Source: Candidatus Iainarchaeum sp. (GTDB lineage Archaea > Iainarchaeota > Iainarchaeia > Iainarchaeales > GCA-2688035). Taken from it: DNA of 64,000 nucleotides. Below, in pieces: positions 29,288 to 38,837 of this stretch; within the stretch, counting starts at the first letter, position 1; every line of letters begins with the position of its first letter. The position numbers and the translations under genes are program-made. The stretch spans positions 58,220-122,219 of the forward strand of contig JAFCCL010000004.1 of assembly GCA_017610205.1 (NCBI GenBank), written 5' to 3'. The notes below the pieces were generated by a model, which searched no databases, was not told the origin of the DNA, and saw nothing but the letters and a program-made list of their open reading frames with translations.

Positions 29288-30277
29288 ATGGCTTTTGACA
29301 TTGTAAGCATTGGAAATGCAACAATTGACGCTTTTATCTGCGTTGATGGAAAGGTCAAAGAAGGCAATTTGCTTTTACCTGTTGGTTCAAAGAAAGAAAT
29401 ACAAAGCATTTTTTACAGCACAGGCGGCGGAGCAACAAACACTGCTGTTGGATTCAAAAGGCTTGGATTAAAGACAGGGATTTTGGCGGCGGTTGGAAAT
29501 GACCCAGGCGGAAAAATTGTACTGCGTGAGTTGAAAAAAGAGGGGATTAGCACAAGGCTTATTTCAAGGCTGCAAAATTATGAAACAGCTTACAGTGCAA
29601 TTTTAACAGGTTTTGGACACGACAGAATTATCCTGGTTTATGGAGGGGCTATAAGGCATTTGGGAGAAGAAAGACAGGTGCATTGGTCATGGCTAAGCCA
29701 AACAAAGTGGATGCATATAACAAGTTTTCATGCAAAACTGGAAATTATGAAAAAGATTCTTGGCTTTGCCGAGAAAAAAGGAATAAGTGTTTCATTCAAC
29801 CCAGGAATGAGCGAAATAAGCCTTGGACTAAAAAAAATAATCCCGTTGCTAAAAAAAGTTGACATTCTTCTGCTTAACAGAAAGGAAGCTAAAATTTTAA
29901 CAAAAGAAAAGAACGTGAAAAAACAACTGCAAAAACTTCAGGAAATTGTCCCACTTGTTGTTGTAACAGAAGACAAAAAGGGCGCGCATGCATTTGACGG
30001 AAGCTTTTACTACTACAAGCCTGCATTAAATGCAAAAATTGCTGACACAACAGGCGCAGGAGACGCATTCCACGCAGGGTTTGTTTCACAAATAGTAAAA
30101 GGAAGAAGCGTTGAAAAGGCCTTGAATGCAGGAACTGCAAATGCAACAAGCACAATAATGCATTTTGGTGCAAAAAACAAATTGCTTACACAACACGGAA
30201 TTGAAGAATTCCTTGAAAAGCATGAAACAAACAGGACAAAAGTTAAAAAAAACAGAATGACTTACAAAGCCCACTAA
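29288..30277 (+). CDS. PfkB/ribokinase family carbohydrate kinase
   Basis: GGGATNTA, G.D..G, N..EA and DTTGAGDAF. Confidence 0.93.
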   Translation: MAFDIVSIGNATIDAFICVDGKVKEGNLLLPVGSKKEIQSIFYSTGGGATNTAVGFKRLGLKTGILAAVGNDPGGKIVLRELKKEGISTRLISRLQNYETAYSAILTGFGHDRIILVYGGAIRHLGEERQVHWSWLSQTKWMHITSFHAKLEIMKKILGFAEKKGISVSFNPGMSEISLGLKKIIPLLKKVDILLLNRKEAKILTKEKNVKKQLQKLQEIVPLVVVTEDKKGAHAFDGSFYYYKPALNAKIADTTGAGDAFHAGFVSQIVKGRSVEKALNAGTANATSTIMHFGAKNKLLTQHGIEEFLEKHETNRTKVKKNRMTYKAH

Positions 30278-30290
30278 AAAACAGAATGGC

Positions 30291-30719
30291 TTATACATAA
30301 TCTATTTTTTCTTTTAAAAAATCAATTGCCTTTTTAAGAACTGTTTTTGTATTTTTGAAGGAGAGCCTTTTCATTGCCTTTTCATAGGAAAGCCATTCAA
30401 AGCCCTTGTGCTCGTGTGAAATTTCCACATTTCCGGCAGGCGATTCTGCAAGGTAGAATGCAACTTCTTTGAATACTGTTTCTTTTCCTCTTCTGAAATA
30501 GTATTTTGTATACTGTCTAAAGCCTTTGGCTATAAGAATGTTCTGCAGGAAGGTTTCTTCTTGTACCTCGCGCCTTAGGGTTTGTTCCTCTGTTTCGCCT
30601 TGTTCAACGTGGCCTTTTGGAAAACCCCAGTGCCCTGCTTTATAATGCAACAGCAAAAATTCTTTTCCAGAATCCTTTTTTCTGAACAAAGCACATCCTA
30701 CTGATTTTTCTTTGACCAT
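30291..30719 (-). CDS. NUDIX hydrolase, Ap4A hydrolase-like
   Basis: HWGFPKGHVEQGE...RREVQEET Nudix box and SHEH..FEW. Confidence 0.92.
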   Translation of the reverse strand: MVKEKSVGCALFRKKDSGKEFLLLHYKAGHWGFPKGHVEQGETEEQTLRREVQEETFLQNILIAKGFRQYTKYYFRRGKETVFKEVAFYLAESPAGNVEISHEHKGFEWLSYEKAMKRLSFKNTKTVLKKAIDFLKEKIDYV

Positions 30720-30768
30720 TTAGATAAAAAAAGGGGGAAAATTATTTTAAGGGAATTGAACAGCCTGC

Positions 30769-30909
30769 TGTATTATCGAGCATCCGAAGGATGTGAAGAT
30801 GGTACTCGCGCCAGCCCCGCGTGTGGGTTGCCGGGCGTGACGGCTTAGTTGAGATTGTGTCATTGAGTTCAAACGAAAATGGCACCCGCACCAGCCGGGC
30901 GTGACGGCT
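30769..30909 (+). repeat. Structured repeat locus A (two full units plus one partial unit)
   Basis: GC-rich. Units are GTRTYATY-GA-stem-GAA-RATGGYAC, a 7-nt linker, then AGCCS-N7-SGGYT. Homologous to 38625-38816 and 41401-41465. Confidence 0.88.
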
Positions 30910-30910
30910 G

Positions 30911-31564
30911 CTATATGAATTGTTCATAAATTGTGTTGTTGAATTTGTATAGGAATTTTTTTATTTTTGAGCCTTTGAAATCGTATTTTTGCAGGGCCTC
31001 TTCTTTTGTTCCGGAAAAGTCTGCAAATGAATGCTTTTGGCTTGGGTCAAGGGCATAAAATTTTCCCTTGAATTCTGTTGCAACAAATGCGTGGGTTCTC
31101 AGGCTGTCGAGTTCGGAAATTATTACCGATGCCTTTTCATCTCCCAGTGCAAAAAGCAGGGAGCAGAGAAATACTGCAAGGTCTTCGTCATCCCCTACTT
31201 TTGAGGAAAAGATTTCTTTTGGTGAAAGCCAGTAGTTTAGGTTTATTTCTGGTTCAACGTAGCTTATTTTGTTTTGAACAAATGAAATTGCTTTTTCTGC
31301 TGATGCAAGGTAATCTTTTGGAAAGGCGTATTCCTGCGGTTTTAGGTCTGAGAGAATTGCTTGAATTGTTAGGTCGTCTTTGTTTACTAGAATTTTTATT
31401 TCGCCTATTGTCCTTCTTTCCTTCTCATTTATCAATTCAGCATGTTTTTCAAGTAAAAGTCTGTATAGCTTGCATTGGTTTAATTTTTCTTTGACGGATG
31501 ATTCTTCAGCTTGCGCTGGGTCTTCTCCTTCTTCAAAAAACACTTCTTCATTTTCAGGTGGCAT
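30911..31564 (-). CDS. Transglutaminase-like domain protein, catalytic Cys replaced
   Basis: YWLSPKE...GDDEDLA (canonical GDCED), HAFV and ALDP. Confidence 0.75.
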   Translation of the reverse strand: MPPENEEVFFEEGEDPAQAEESSVKEKLNQCKLYRLLLEKHAELINEKERRTIGEIKILVNKDDLTIQAILSDLKPQEYAFPKDYLASAEKAISFVQNKISYVEPEINLNYWLSPKEIFSSKVGDDEDLAVFLCSLLFALGDEKASVIISELDSLRTHAFVATEFKGKFYALDPSQKHSFADFSGTKEEALQKYDFKGSKIKKFLYKFNNTIYEQFI

Positions 31565-31655
31565 TTTTGATTATTGTGCCTAAAACTGCTTTAAAAAAGA
31601 TGCTTTTGGCTTGAAAGGGGAAAATGTTTTATTTGGGAAAATAGGTAATAATTGC

Positions 31656-33200
31656 ATGAATTTTAAGTGGTTTGAGGACTTTGCACAAAAAAAAATTTCC
31701 TCTTTGGAAAACAGCAAGCTTTCTTTTAAATATTTTGCTGCGGCGTTCTTTTTTGCGGTTGTTTTAAGAATTTTTTTGGAAAGCTTTTCAGCCCACACTT
31801 CAATCAGCTTAAATATCGTGTCTCATTTTTTTCTGTTTTACGTTTCTGTTGCAATGTCGGTAATTATTCTTTTTTGGCTGGCAACAGGTGAAAAAATAAA
31901 AAAAAGTGCCATGGTTGTATTGCCTTCTTTTATTGTGCTGATTGTTGTGCCAATAGTGGACCTTTTGGTTACAGGCGGAAAAGGGCAGCAAATTACATAT
32001 TTGCTTCCGGGAATTCATGAAAATCTGTTACTGCGTTTTTTTACATTCACAGGCGAATTTGGGAAGTGGGGGATAAGTTCAGGGATAAAGGTTGAGGGAG
32101 CAATAGTTCTTGTTGCTGCGTTTGTATACTTTTTTGCAAAAAGCAAAAAGGCTGCGCCTGTTTTTAAAATTGCAAAAGGTGTTTTTTGGACCTTTGTATT
32201 GTATGTTCTTATTTTTTCTTACAGTGCAATCCTTTTTCCAATAACCTGGTTTTTTGACTTTGCAGGCATTAATTATGACACAGTGGGATTTGCTCCGCCA
32301 TATGTTTATCTTATTCTTATTTTACTTCAGGCAATAGTTCTGGCATGGGTTGCTAACAAAAATTATTTCAAGGCAATTATTAGGGAAAGGCAATTGCTTA
32401 GGTTAATTCACTTTGAAGCAATGTTTGTTTTGGGAATTGCACTTGGTCTTTATGGAAACATTATGTTTAGGCTGCAGGCTGAACAGGCATTTAGTTTTGC
32501 AATCACTACAATTGCAATTGCATTAACCTGTTTTTATGCAATGTTTTCAAACAATATTGCAGACAGGGAAATTGACATTGTTTCAAACAAAAAAAGGGCA
32601 ATTGTAAGCAAATCTATAGAGATTGCCAAATATAAGAAAATGGCGCTGGCTTTTTTGTTGGGAGGGCTTTTTTATGCGGCAATGGCAGGCTTTGAAACAT
32701 TTTTCTTTATGCTGGTTTTTGCAGGAAACTATTTCCTTTATTCAATGCCTCCGTTCAGATTGAAAAGAATTCCAATAATTTCAAAGGCATTAATTTCTTT
32801 CAATTCCCTTATCCTTATCCTTCTTGGATTCGTTTTCATAACTGGAAACCTTGCAGACTTTCCAATCGCAATAATAGCAATTTTTCTCATTGGTTTTACC
32901 TTTTCAATAAACTTCATTGACTTAAAAGACACAAAAGGAGATAAAAAAACAGGAATAAAAACACTGCCGGTTCTGGTTGGAATCAGAAACGCAAAAATTA
33001 TTACAGGAATTTTCTTTGCAGCAACCTACCTTTCGTTTACTGCAATTGTAAAAGAATGGTGGGCATTACCAACCCTTGTAATTCTTGCTATAATACAATT
33101 TATTCTAATAAACAGGAAAACTTGCAATGAAAAGCCTGTTCTTGGACTCTACATCCTAAGCATTATTGCCCTAATAATTTATCTTGTACTAGGCACCTAG
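31656..33200 (+). CDS. UbiA prenyltransferase family protein with extra N-terminal membrane domain
   Basis: NNIADREID..SNKKR, YSMPPFRLK and DLKDTKGDKKTGIKTLP in the C-terminal half. About 15 TM helices in total. Confidence 0.85.
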   Translation: MNFKWFEDFAQKKISSLENSKLSFKYFAAAFFFAVVLRIFLESFSAHTSISLNIVSHFFLFYVSVAMSVIILFWLATGEKIKKSAMVVLPSFIVLIVVPIVDLLVTGGKGQQITYLLPGIHENLLLRFFTFTGEFGKWGISSGIKVEGAIVLVAAFVYFFAKSKKAAPVFKIAKGVFWTFVLYVLIFSYSAILFPITWFFDFAGINYDTVGFAPPYVYLILILLQAIVLAWVANKNYFKAIIRERQLLRLIHFEAMFVLGIALGLYGNIMFRLQAEQAFSFAITTIAIALTCFYAMFSNNIADREIDIVSNKKRAIVSKSIEIAKYKKMALAFLLGGLFYAAMAGFETFFFMLVFAGNYFLYSMPPFRLKRIPIISKALISFNSLILILLGFVFITGNLADFPIAIIAIFLIGFTFSINFIDLKDTKGDKKTGIKTLPVLVGIRNAKIITGIFFAATYLSFTAIVKEWWALPTLVILAIIQFILINRKTCNEKPVLGLYILSIIALIIYLVLGT

Positions 33201-33265
33201 TAAAAAAAAACCGCTTTTGGAAAAAAAGCGAAATGTTTTATTTAAAGATACTCTATATATAGCAC

Positions 33266-33757
33266 ATGAATAATGAAAAAGCACAGGTTGCAACAGAATA
33301 TATTATAATAACAGGATTCATTCTGGCGGTAGTAACCATCATTTTTGCCTATGCATATATTTCAAACAACGAAAATATCAAAGTAAACCAGGCAAGCACA
33401 GCTTTGGACAAAATGGTTAACGCCGCAAACCTTGTATACGCACTTGGCCCAGGAAACATTCAATATATTGAGGTAACATTTCCACAGGGAATTACAGAAA
33501 TTCAAGATGTCACAGTATGCAACAGCGGAATACAAAACTACAATCAGGATTGTACAGAAGAGGACGGAGTAAATTTTGGTGCAATAGAAATGACAGCGGA
33601 ACTTTTAAGCGGAGAAACATCAATCATGAGAGGGGCAAAAACAGAACTTGAACTTGATGGAGAAATTCCTGAAGATGAACGAATTCCGGAAAATGCAGGA
33701 GTGTACAGAATAAAAATTGAATGGTGCGACGACAAAATCTGCTTGAAGAGTGCTTAA
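33266..33757 (+). CDS. Minor pilin A1 (class III signal peptide)
   Basis: EKA|QVATEY followed by a hydrophobic helix. Paralog of 39843-40361. Confidence 0.88.
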   Translation: MNNEKAQVATEYIIITGFILAVVTIIFAYAYISNNENIKVNQASTALDKMVNAANLVYALGPGNIQYIEVTFPQGITEIQDVTVCNSGIQNYNQDCTEEDGVNFGAIEMTAELLSGETSIMRGAKTELELDGEIPEDERIPENAGVYRIKIEWCDDKICLKSA

Positions 33758-33758
33758 T

Positions 33759-34211
33759 ATGTCCAGTCTGAAAGAAAAGGGGCAGACGCCCATTGAAGTA
33801 ATTGCAATTGCAGTAATTATTGTAGCCCTGCTTTTGCTTGTATTTACTACAACAATGAGTAGAAATATGGAAACAGACAGAGTTCTTATAGCAGGAAAAA
33901 GCAGCATCCAATGCAATGCAATGGCTTCTACAATTGCAAGGTTGTACAACAACCGGGCAACAACACAAGAAACATTAAACCTTGAACTAGAAGCAAGACT
34001 TAGGAGAGTGGAAGGAAAACAAGGCGGAATAAATGTAGGAGAAGTAAGCTGCAGTTATATTGGAAGTGTAGCAATGTATCCAGAAGATGGAAAAAAAGAC
34101 AGCAACCCAGACGATACAGGAACTGACGGAATAACTCTTGCTATAGGCAACTGGTGTTTTGAAAAAAACCCTGATACAAATATTGTAATAACGCCGGGGG
34201 AGTGCACTTGA
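33759..34211 (+). CDS. Minor pilin B1
   Basis: EKG|QTPIE followed by a hydrophobic helix. Paralog of 40364-40768. Confidence 0.85.
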   Translation: MSSLKEKGQTPIEVIAIAVIIVALLLLVFTTTMSRNMETDRVLIAGKSSIQCNAMASTIARLYNNRATTQETLNLELEARLRRVEGKQGGINVGEVSCSYIGSVAMYPEDGKKDSNPDDTGTDGITLAIGNWCFEKNPDTNIVITPGECT

Positions 34212-34708
34212 ATAAAAAAGGCCAGGGTATTGCAATAGACTTCCTTTTTGCAGTTATGATATTCCTACTTGTACTCAATGCAAGCCTTACATTGATTGAC
34301 AGCAACAATTCAACAGCCATGGACAAAAACCTCATAGGCGAACTTCAAGCCACTACAAGCCAATCAGTTGACGCACTTGTAAGAACAGAGGGTTCGCCAA
34401 AAGACTGGCAAAACAGAAGTATTGACGAAGCAGTCATAATCGGACTGGCAAAAAGTGACAGGGTTCTTGACAACGACAAGGTTAATACATTTATTACATG
34501 GTCAAAAACTTACAGCAGTAGTGATTACAACATGGTAAAAACATTATTATTAAGTGGTTACGACTTTCATTTCAAGATAGGCGGACTTGAAGCCCCAGAA
34601 GCAAAGCCGCCTATTTGGAACGATATGACAGCAGTAAGAATAAAAAGAATTGTAAATTTTAACGGAGAGGAAGCAATTGCAGAATTCACAATATACTACC
34701 CACAATAA
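34208..34708 (+). CDS. Minor pilin C1
   Basis: KKG|QGIAIDF, G.P.DW and GLA..DRVLD..KV. Paralog of 40770-41354. Confidence 0.85.
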   Translation: MNKKGQGIAIDFLFAVMIFLLVLNASLTLIDSNNSTAMDKNLIGELQATTSQSVDALVRTEGSPKDWQNRSIDEAVIIGLAKSDRVLDNDKVNTFITWSKTYSSSDYNMVKTLLLSGYDFHFKIGGLEAPEAKPPIWNDMTAVRIKRIVNFNGEEAIAEFTIYYPQ

Positions 34709-37700
34709 AAAAGGAATGGCAATATCCATTGACGCATTGCTTGCGCTGATAATATTTGTAGCAATGGTTGCATTCATTTCAACAGACCCTGCAAGCAACC
34801 TAACAACAATACAACCAACGCTTGCAACAAATCAATTGATTGACGACGCAATTGCTGCAATGGATAGAACAGGATTTATAATGGAGTGCATTGAAAATGG
34901 TGAATTTGAGGAAATGGAAACAAAACTTGAAGCCATGCTGCCAGAAATCATGGACTACAATATTGAAATTATAAGATATGAGTCACCGCTGGACAAGGCT
35001 CCGGACAAGCCTTGCAGAGACATTGATTTAGGCCAAGATTTTGAAACATGCTTTCCATACGACACAAATGTTTACAGCATAGGAAGTGAACGGCCAACAG
35101 ACAAAGACATTTTTCACGGGCAAAAAATATTCATAAAAAAAGAATCAGGCGACTGCAGCATTGTATCCGGTTTTGAAGAAAAGAAAAAATGGCTGGAATT
35201 AATATTTGCAGGGGATAACCTACCAGAAGCAAGGGATGTAAACATTACAACAGCAGGCTCATGCCCTGGAAAAAGAAACCCCTGCCCTGCAATAGAAGAA
35301 GGGCAGATGAGATGCTGCTATACATATTACGATGAAGATATCCCACAAAACCCAGAGACTGGTGTTGAATACAAATGGTATATGTATGATGAGGACACAG
35401 ATTTGTGGGAACCGACAGGCGCAGATTTGCCAACACTTGATTTTGACGAAACTGACGACGCAAAAAGGTTCAAATGCTCTGTAAGAGTAAGAGATGGTCC
35501 AAACCCGTGGGATTGGGGAGCTGACACCAACAGCCCTCTTGCAATAATAGGCGGGCCATGCTTTGTATTTGAATCAGAAGTAACACAGGGAGAAGAACAA
35601 GTAACAGAATACAAGTGCGGAGAAACATACGACATAGATTTCAGCATTTCCGGAAGCTCAGGTGAAAGGATGGAACCTGTTGACATAATGCTTTCCTTGG
35701 ACAGAAGCGGAAGCATGAGCTGGCTTGGATTCAATGATGACACAACCGAACTTGCAAAAAGCATTTTTATTGACTCAAGCGGAGCAAGTGATATTGCATA
35801 CTTTGGAACAAACAACCAGGTATACAAATTTGGAATAAATAACCAAACAGGAGACCTTACAACACTTACAAATACAAGTTCAATAGACGACGCACAAGGG
35901 CTCTTTGTTGATGACAGCTATGTATATGTTGCCGATGATGAAAGAGGGCTTACAATACTGGACAAAGACGACTTAAGCATTGTAAGAATAATGGGTAATG
36001 ACAGCGGGAAAGAGATTACAACAGCAAAAAGCGTCTTTGTTGAAGGAGATTACATTTACCTTGCAGCAGCAGGAACCTACATACCCGGAACTGAAAAAAA
36101 ATATGACGCTGAAATGTACGCGGAAAGAAATCAGGAAGATATAAACATAGGCTATAGCTCAACAGGAAGCTGGGCAGCACAATCGTTTATACCAAATGTG
36201 CATGACATAAACGGAATAGAACTTGAGGTAAAAAAAATTGCCGGGAGAATTAATCCTGGAAACCTGACAGTTCACATTAGGCAAACACAAACAGGAACTG
36301 ACCTGACAAACGGAACAGTGGAAATTGCAGCAGGGGATATTCCAACAAACTGGGATGAATGGATTACAGCCAATTTTAATCCTTCAGTAAGCGTAACGCC
36401 TGAGCAAACCTATTACATTGCACTTACCACAACAACAGAAGGCATAGGGCCTTACTATAAATGGGGAAGCAGGCTAATCAATCCAGACCCATACAGCGAA
36501 GGAGCACTCTATGCATGCACCTCAGGCGGAATCTGCACAGAGCAATGGATTGAAGGCGAAGGATGGGAGCCTAACGAGTATGAAGACGCAAGATTCAGGA
36601 CTTTTTACTATTCTTCAATTGTAGGAGGATTAATAATAATAGACAAAAGCGACCCAGACCCAAATAATTGGAATATTTTAAGCAATATGTATAACACAGG
36701 AATCGGATTAATAGACAGACCTCAGGATGTTGTTGTCTCAGGAAATTATGCATATTTAACAGACAGAAGCGGCGGAGACGGTACACAAGGCCTTTGGATA
36801 ATTGACATAACAGACAAGTTAAGCCCTTCAATGAAAGGATTTGTAGAAGCAAGCAACCCGAATTCAGTGGAAGTTTCAGGAAACTATGCATATGTAACAG
36901 ACGGCGGAAACGGAGTAATGGTAATTGATGTAACAAACAAGTCAAACCCTTTGATTGCTCCACCAATAACCGGACTTGGCACAGTTGACGACATTGCCCT
37001 ATATGGAACAAAAATATATGTAAATGCAAATACCCCTGAAGGAGGGGCAAAAAATTACGGAGTGCATGTTATTGACATAACAACTCCTGCAGACCCTGTG
37101 CTGCAGCAAACATTTTACACACAATTTGTAATTGCAGGAGAAAATGAATATGCATTGGATGTAAGCCCTAACTGGATGGCATTGGCAAATGAATATGACC
37201 CAGACTTCTTTGAGAATTATAGTGCAATGACATTAAGCAGACAGTTTGGCAACAAAATGAACATTGCAAAGGAGTCCTCAAAAGAATTTGTCATGTTTGA
37301 AGATTGGAAGTCACCGGAAGACCAAATAGGAATCGTCAGCTACGGAGGCAGCCCTGATGTTAACTTAAACAGCGAATTGAATGAAGCAAGTACTGAAAAC
37401 AAGATAGAATTAAACGGCAAGATAGACTTTATAGAGGCATATATGGGAACTCCTATGACAAGCGGCTTGCAGACAGCAGTAGACGAGCTAAAGCTTCCGC
37501 CAACAGGAAATGGAAGCGAGGATGCAATGCAGTTTATAGTTTTGCTGGCAGATGGACAAAACGACGAAGGCGGCTTGAACGTGGCATACGATGATGCCAG
37601 AGCCAATGAGATATATATTTTCACAATAGGATTTGGAGGAGACGTTGACACAACGCAGTTGGAAAACATTTCAAAATGTGCTTACTGCCCTGATAATACT

Positions 37701-38603
37701 GATACTGAAGCAGACTGCACTGACTTTGTGCTTACAGAAAGCTCGGATTGCGGCAGCTATCACCATATAAGCGACCCGGAAGCATTAAGTGAAGTATACC
37801 AGGTTATTGCACAGAGAATTGCTGAACTTTCAGGAAAGCTTCCTGACGGTGCAACAACAGACATAGCTCTTGAGTTCAACAGATTTGGAAACGGAATGAA
37901 GATAACAGATTACACACCGGTTGAAACAGGCAACTGGGATTCTGACAACAACATTCTGAACTTTGAAAATATCGACATAAGATTTGGGTGGGAAGGCAGT
38001 TTTGAAGCAACAATAGCATGCGATTATGTAGGATGCGGCGAAGAATTTGTTGAAGGAAGCAGTATAAGCTTTCCTCCGAAAGACACTATGATTTCATACT
38101 CGCTTGACGGAATTGAACAGGACCCGATTCTATGGCCTTACAAGTTTGAAGTTGAAAAAGAAGTATATTACAATGACCTTGGCATTGAATTTGATGAAGG
38201 AAAATTTATTCCTCCAAGTGATGCATGGGTAAAATACAATGTTTTAAATGAAGGATACAAAAGCATTGACCTTGGCGACATAATTCCGACAGTAAACTTT
38301 TACAACGGAGAAACTTCTGAAACCGCATGTATTGGCAATCCTGAGAGCAGAGTTGGCGAACAACAGATTGACAAAATTGTTGAAGCAGCTTATGGCACAG
38401 ATTTCGTAAGCGAAGACAGAACAAGTGAAACAGGAGAAACAAACCTAAGTGGAAGCGGATATATTTGCCTCTGGGTAAATCAAACGCGTGGCGATGGAGA
38501 ACAGGATGTTGTTGAATGTGCCGAAAACAATCAGGCTATAATAAACTGTGACATTCCTGAAACATATATATACACCATGGATTACTGGGCGTGGCAAAAA
38601 TGA
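34677..38603 (+). CDS. Pilin-like vWA adhesin D1 with LVIVD-repeat payload
   Basis: KKG|MAISIDALL, MIDAS DRSGS, LVIVD repeats (V.VSGNYAYV.D...G..VIDV), remainder of vWA (IGIVSY, IVLLADG, IFTIGFG) and C-terminal DYWAWQK. Confidence 0.88.
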   Translation: MQNSQYTTHNKKGMAISIDALLALIIFVAMVAFISTDPASNLTTIQPTLATNQLIDDAIAAMDRTGFIMECIENGEFEEMETKLEAMLPEIMDYNIEIIRYESPLDKAPDKPCRDIDLGQDFETCFPYDTNVYSIGSERPTDKDIFHGQKIFIKKESGDCSIVSGFEEKKKWLELIFAGDNLPEARDVNITTAGSCPGKRNPCPAIEEGQMRCCYTYYDEDIPQNPETGVEYKWYMYDEDTDLWEPTGADLPTLDFDETDDAKRFKCSVRVRDGPNPWDWGADTNSPLAIIGGPCFVFESEVTQGEEQVTEYKCGETYDIDFSISGSSGERMEPVDIMLSLDRSGSMSWLGFNDDTTELAKSIFIDSSGASDIAYFGTNNQVYKFGINNQTGDLTTLTNTSSIDDAQGLFVDDSYVYVADDERGLTILDKDDLSIVRIMGNDSGKEITTAKSVFVEGDYIYLAAAGTYIPGTEKKYDAEMYAERNQEDINIGYSSTGSWAAQSFIPNVHDINGIELEVKKIAGRINPGNLTVHIRQTQTGTDLTNGTVEIAAGDIPTNWDEWITANFNPSVSVTPEQTYYIALTTTTEGIGPYYKWGSRLINPDPYSEGALYACTSGGICTEQWIEGEGWEPNEYEDARFRTFYYSSIVGGLIIIDKSDPDPNNWNILSNMYNTGIGLIDRPQDVVVSGNYAYLTDRSGGDGTQGLWIIDITDKLSPSMKGFVEASNPNSVEVSGNYAYVTDGGNGVMVIDVTNKSNPLIAPPITGLGTVDDIALYGTKIYVNANTPEGGAKNYGVHVIDITTPADPVLQQTFYTQFVIAGENEYALDVSPNWMALANEYDPDFFENYSAMTLSRQFGNKMNIAKESSKEFVMFEDWKSPEDQIGIVSYGGSPDVNLNSELNEASTENKIELNGKIDFIEAYMGTPMTSGLQTAVDELKLPPTGNGSEDAMQFIVLLADGQNDEGGLNVAYDDARANEIYIFTIGFGGDVDTTQLENISKCAYCPDNTDTEADCTDFVLTESSDCGSYHHISDPEALSEVYQVIAQRIAELSGKLPDGATTDIALEFNRFGNGMKITDYTPVETGNWDSDNNILNFENIDIRFGWEGSFEATIACDYVGCGEEFVEGSSISFPPKDTMISYSLDGIEQDPILWPYKFEVEKEVYYNDLGIEFDEGKFIPPSDAWVKYNVLNEGYKSIDLGDIIPTVNFYNGETSETACIGNPESRVGEQQIDKIVEAAYGTDFVSEDRTSETGETNLSGSGYICLWVNQTRGDGEQDVVECAENNQAIINCDIPETYIYTMDYWAWQK

Positions 38604-38837
38604 AATTACAAACACAAGCAAGCCTGTGTCATCGAGCCAAAGCGAATTGTGTCATCAAGTCCAAACGAAAATGGCACCCAGACCAGGCGAGTTGTGTCAT
38701 CAAGTCCAAACGAAAATGGGACTCTGACCAGCCGGCAGTGGCGGCTCTCGCACCAACTAGGCCGTGTCATCAAGTCCAAACGAAAATGGCACCCGCACCA
38801 GCCGGGCGTAACGGCTACTGGGCGTGGCAAAAATGAA
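38583..38837 (+). mobile_element. Structured-repeat concatemer (locus B) between 22-bp direct repeats
   Basis: TACTGGGCGTGGCAAAAATGAA at 38583-38604 and 38816-38837 (233 bp apart), enclosing four full or truncated units. Confidence 0.85.

Noticed and set aside
30742-30927. Short ORFs over repeat loci (30742-30927, 38606-38830, 38649-38903, 38757-38987)
   Set aside because: They are by-products of the GC-rich repeat units with no independent coding evidence. Only the coupled 38600-38836 frame is noted as a finding.
38625-38816. CRISPR array interpretation of the repeated GTGTCATCAAGTCCAAACGAAAATGG
   Set aside because: Spacing is irregular, the intervening sequences are themselves conserved family modules rather than unique spacers, single units occur elsewhere, and no cas genes are present.
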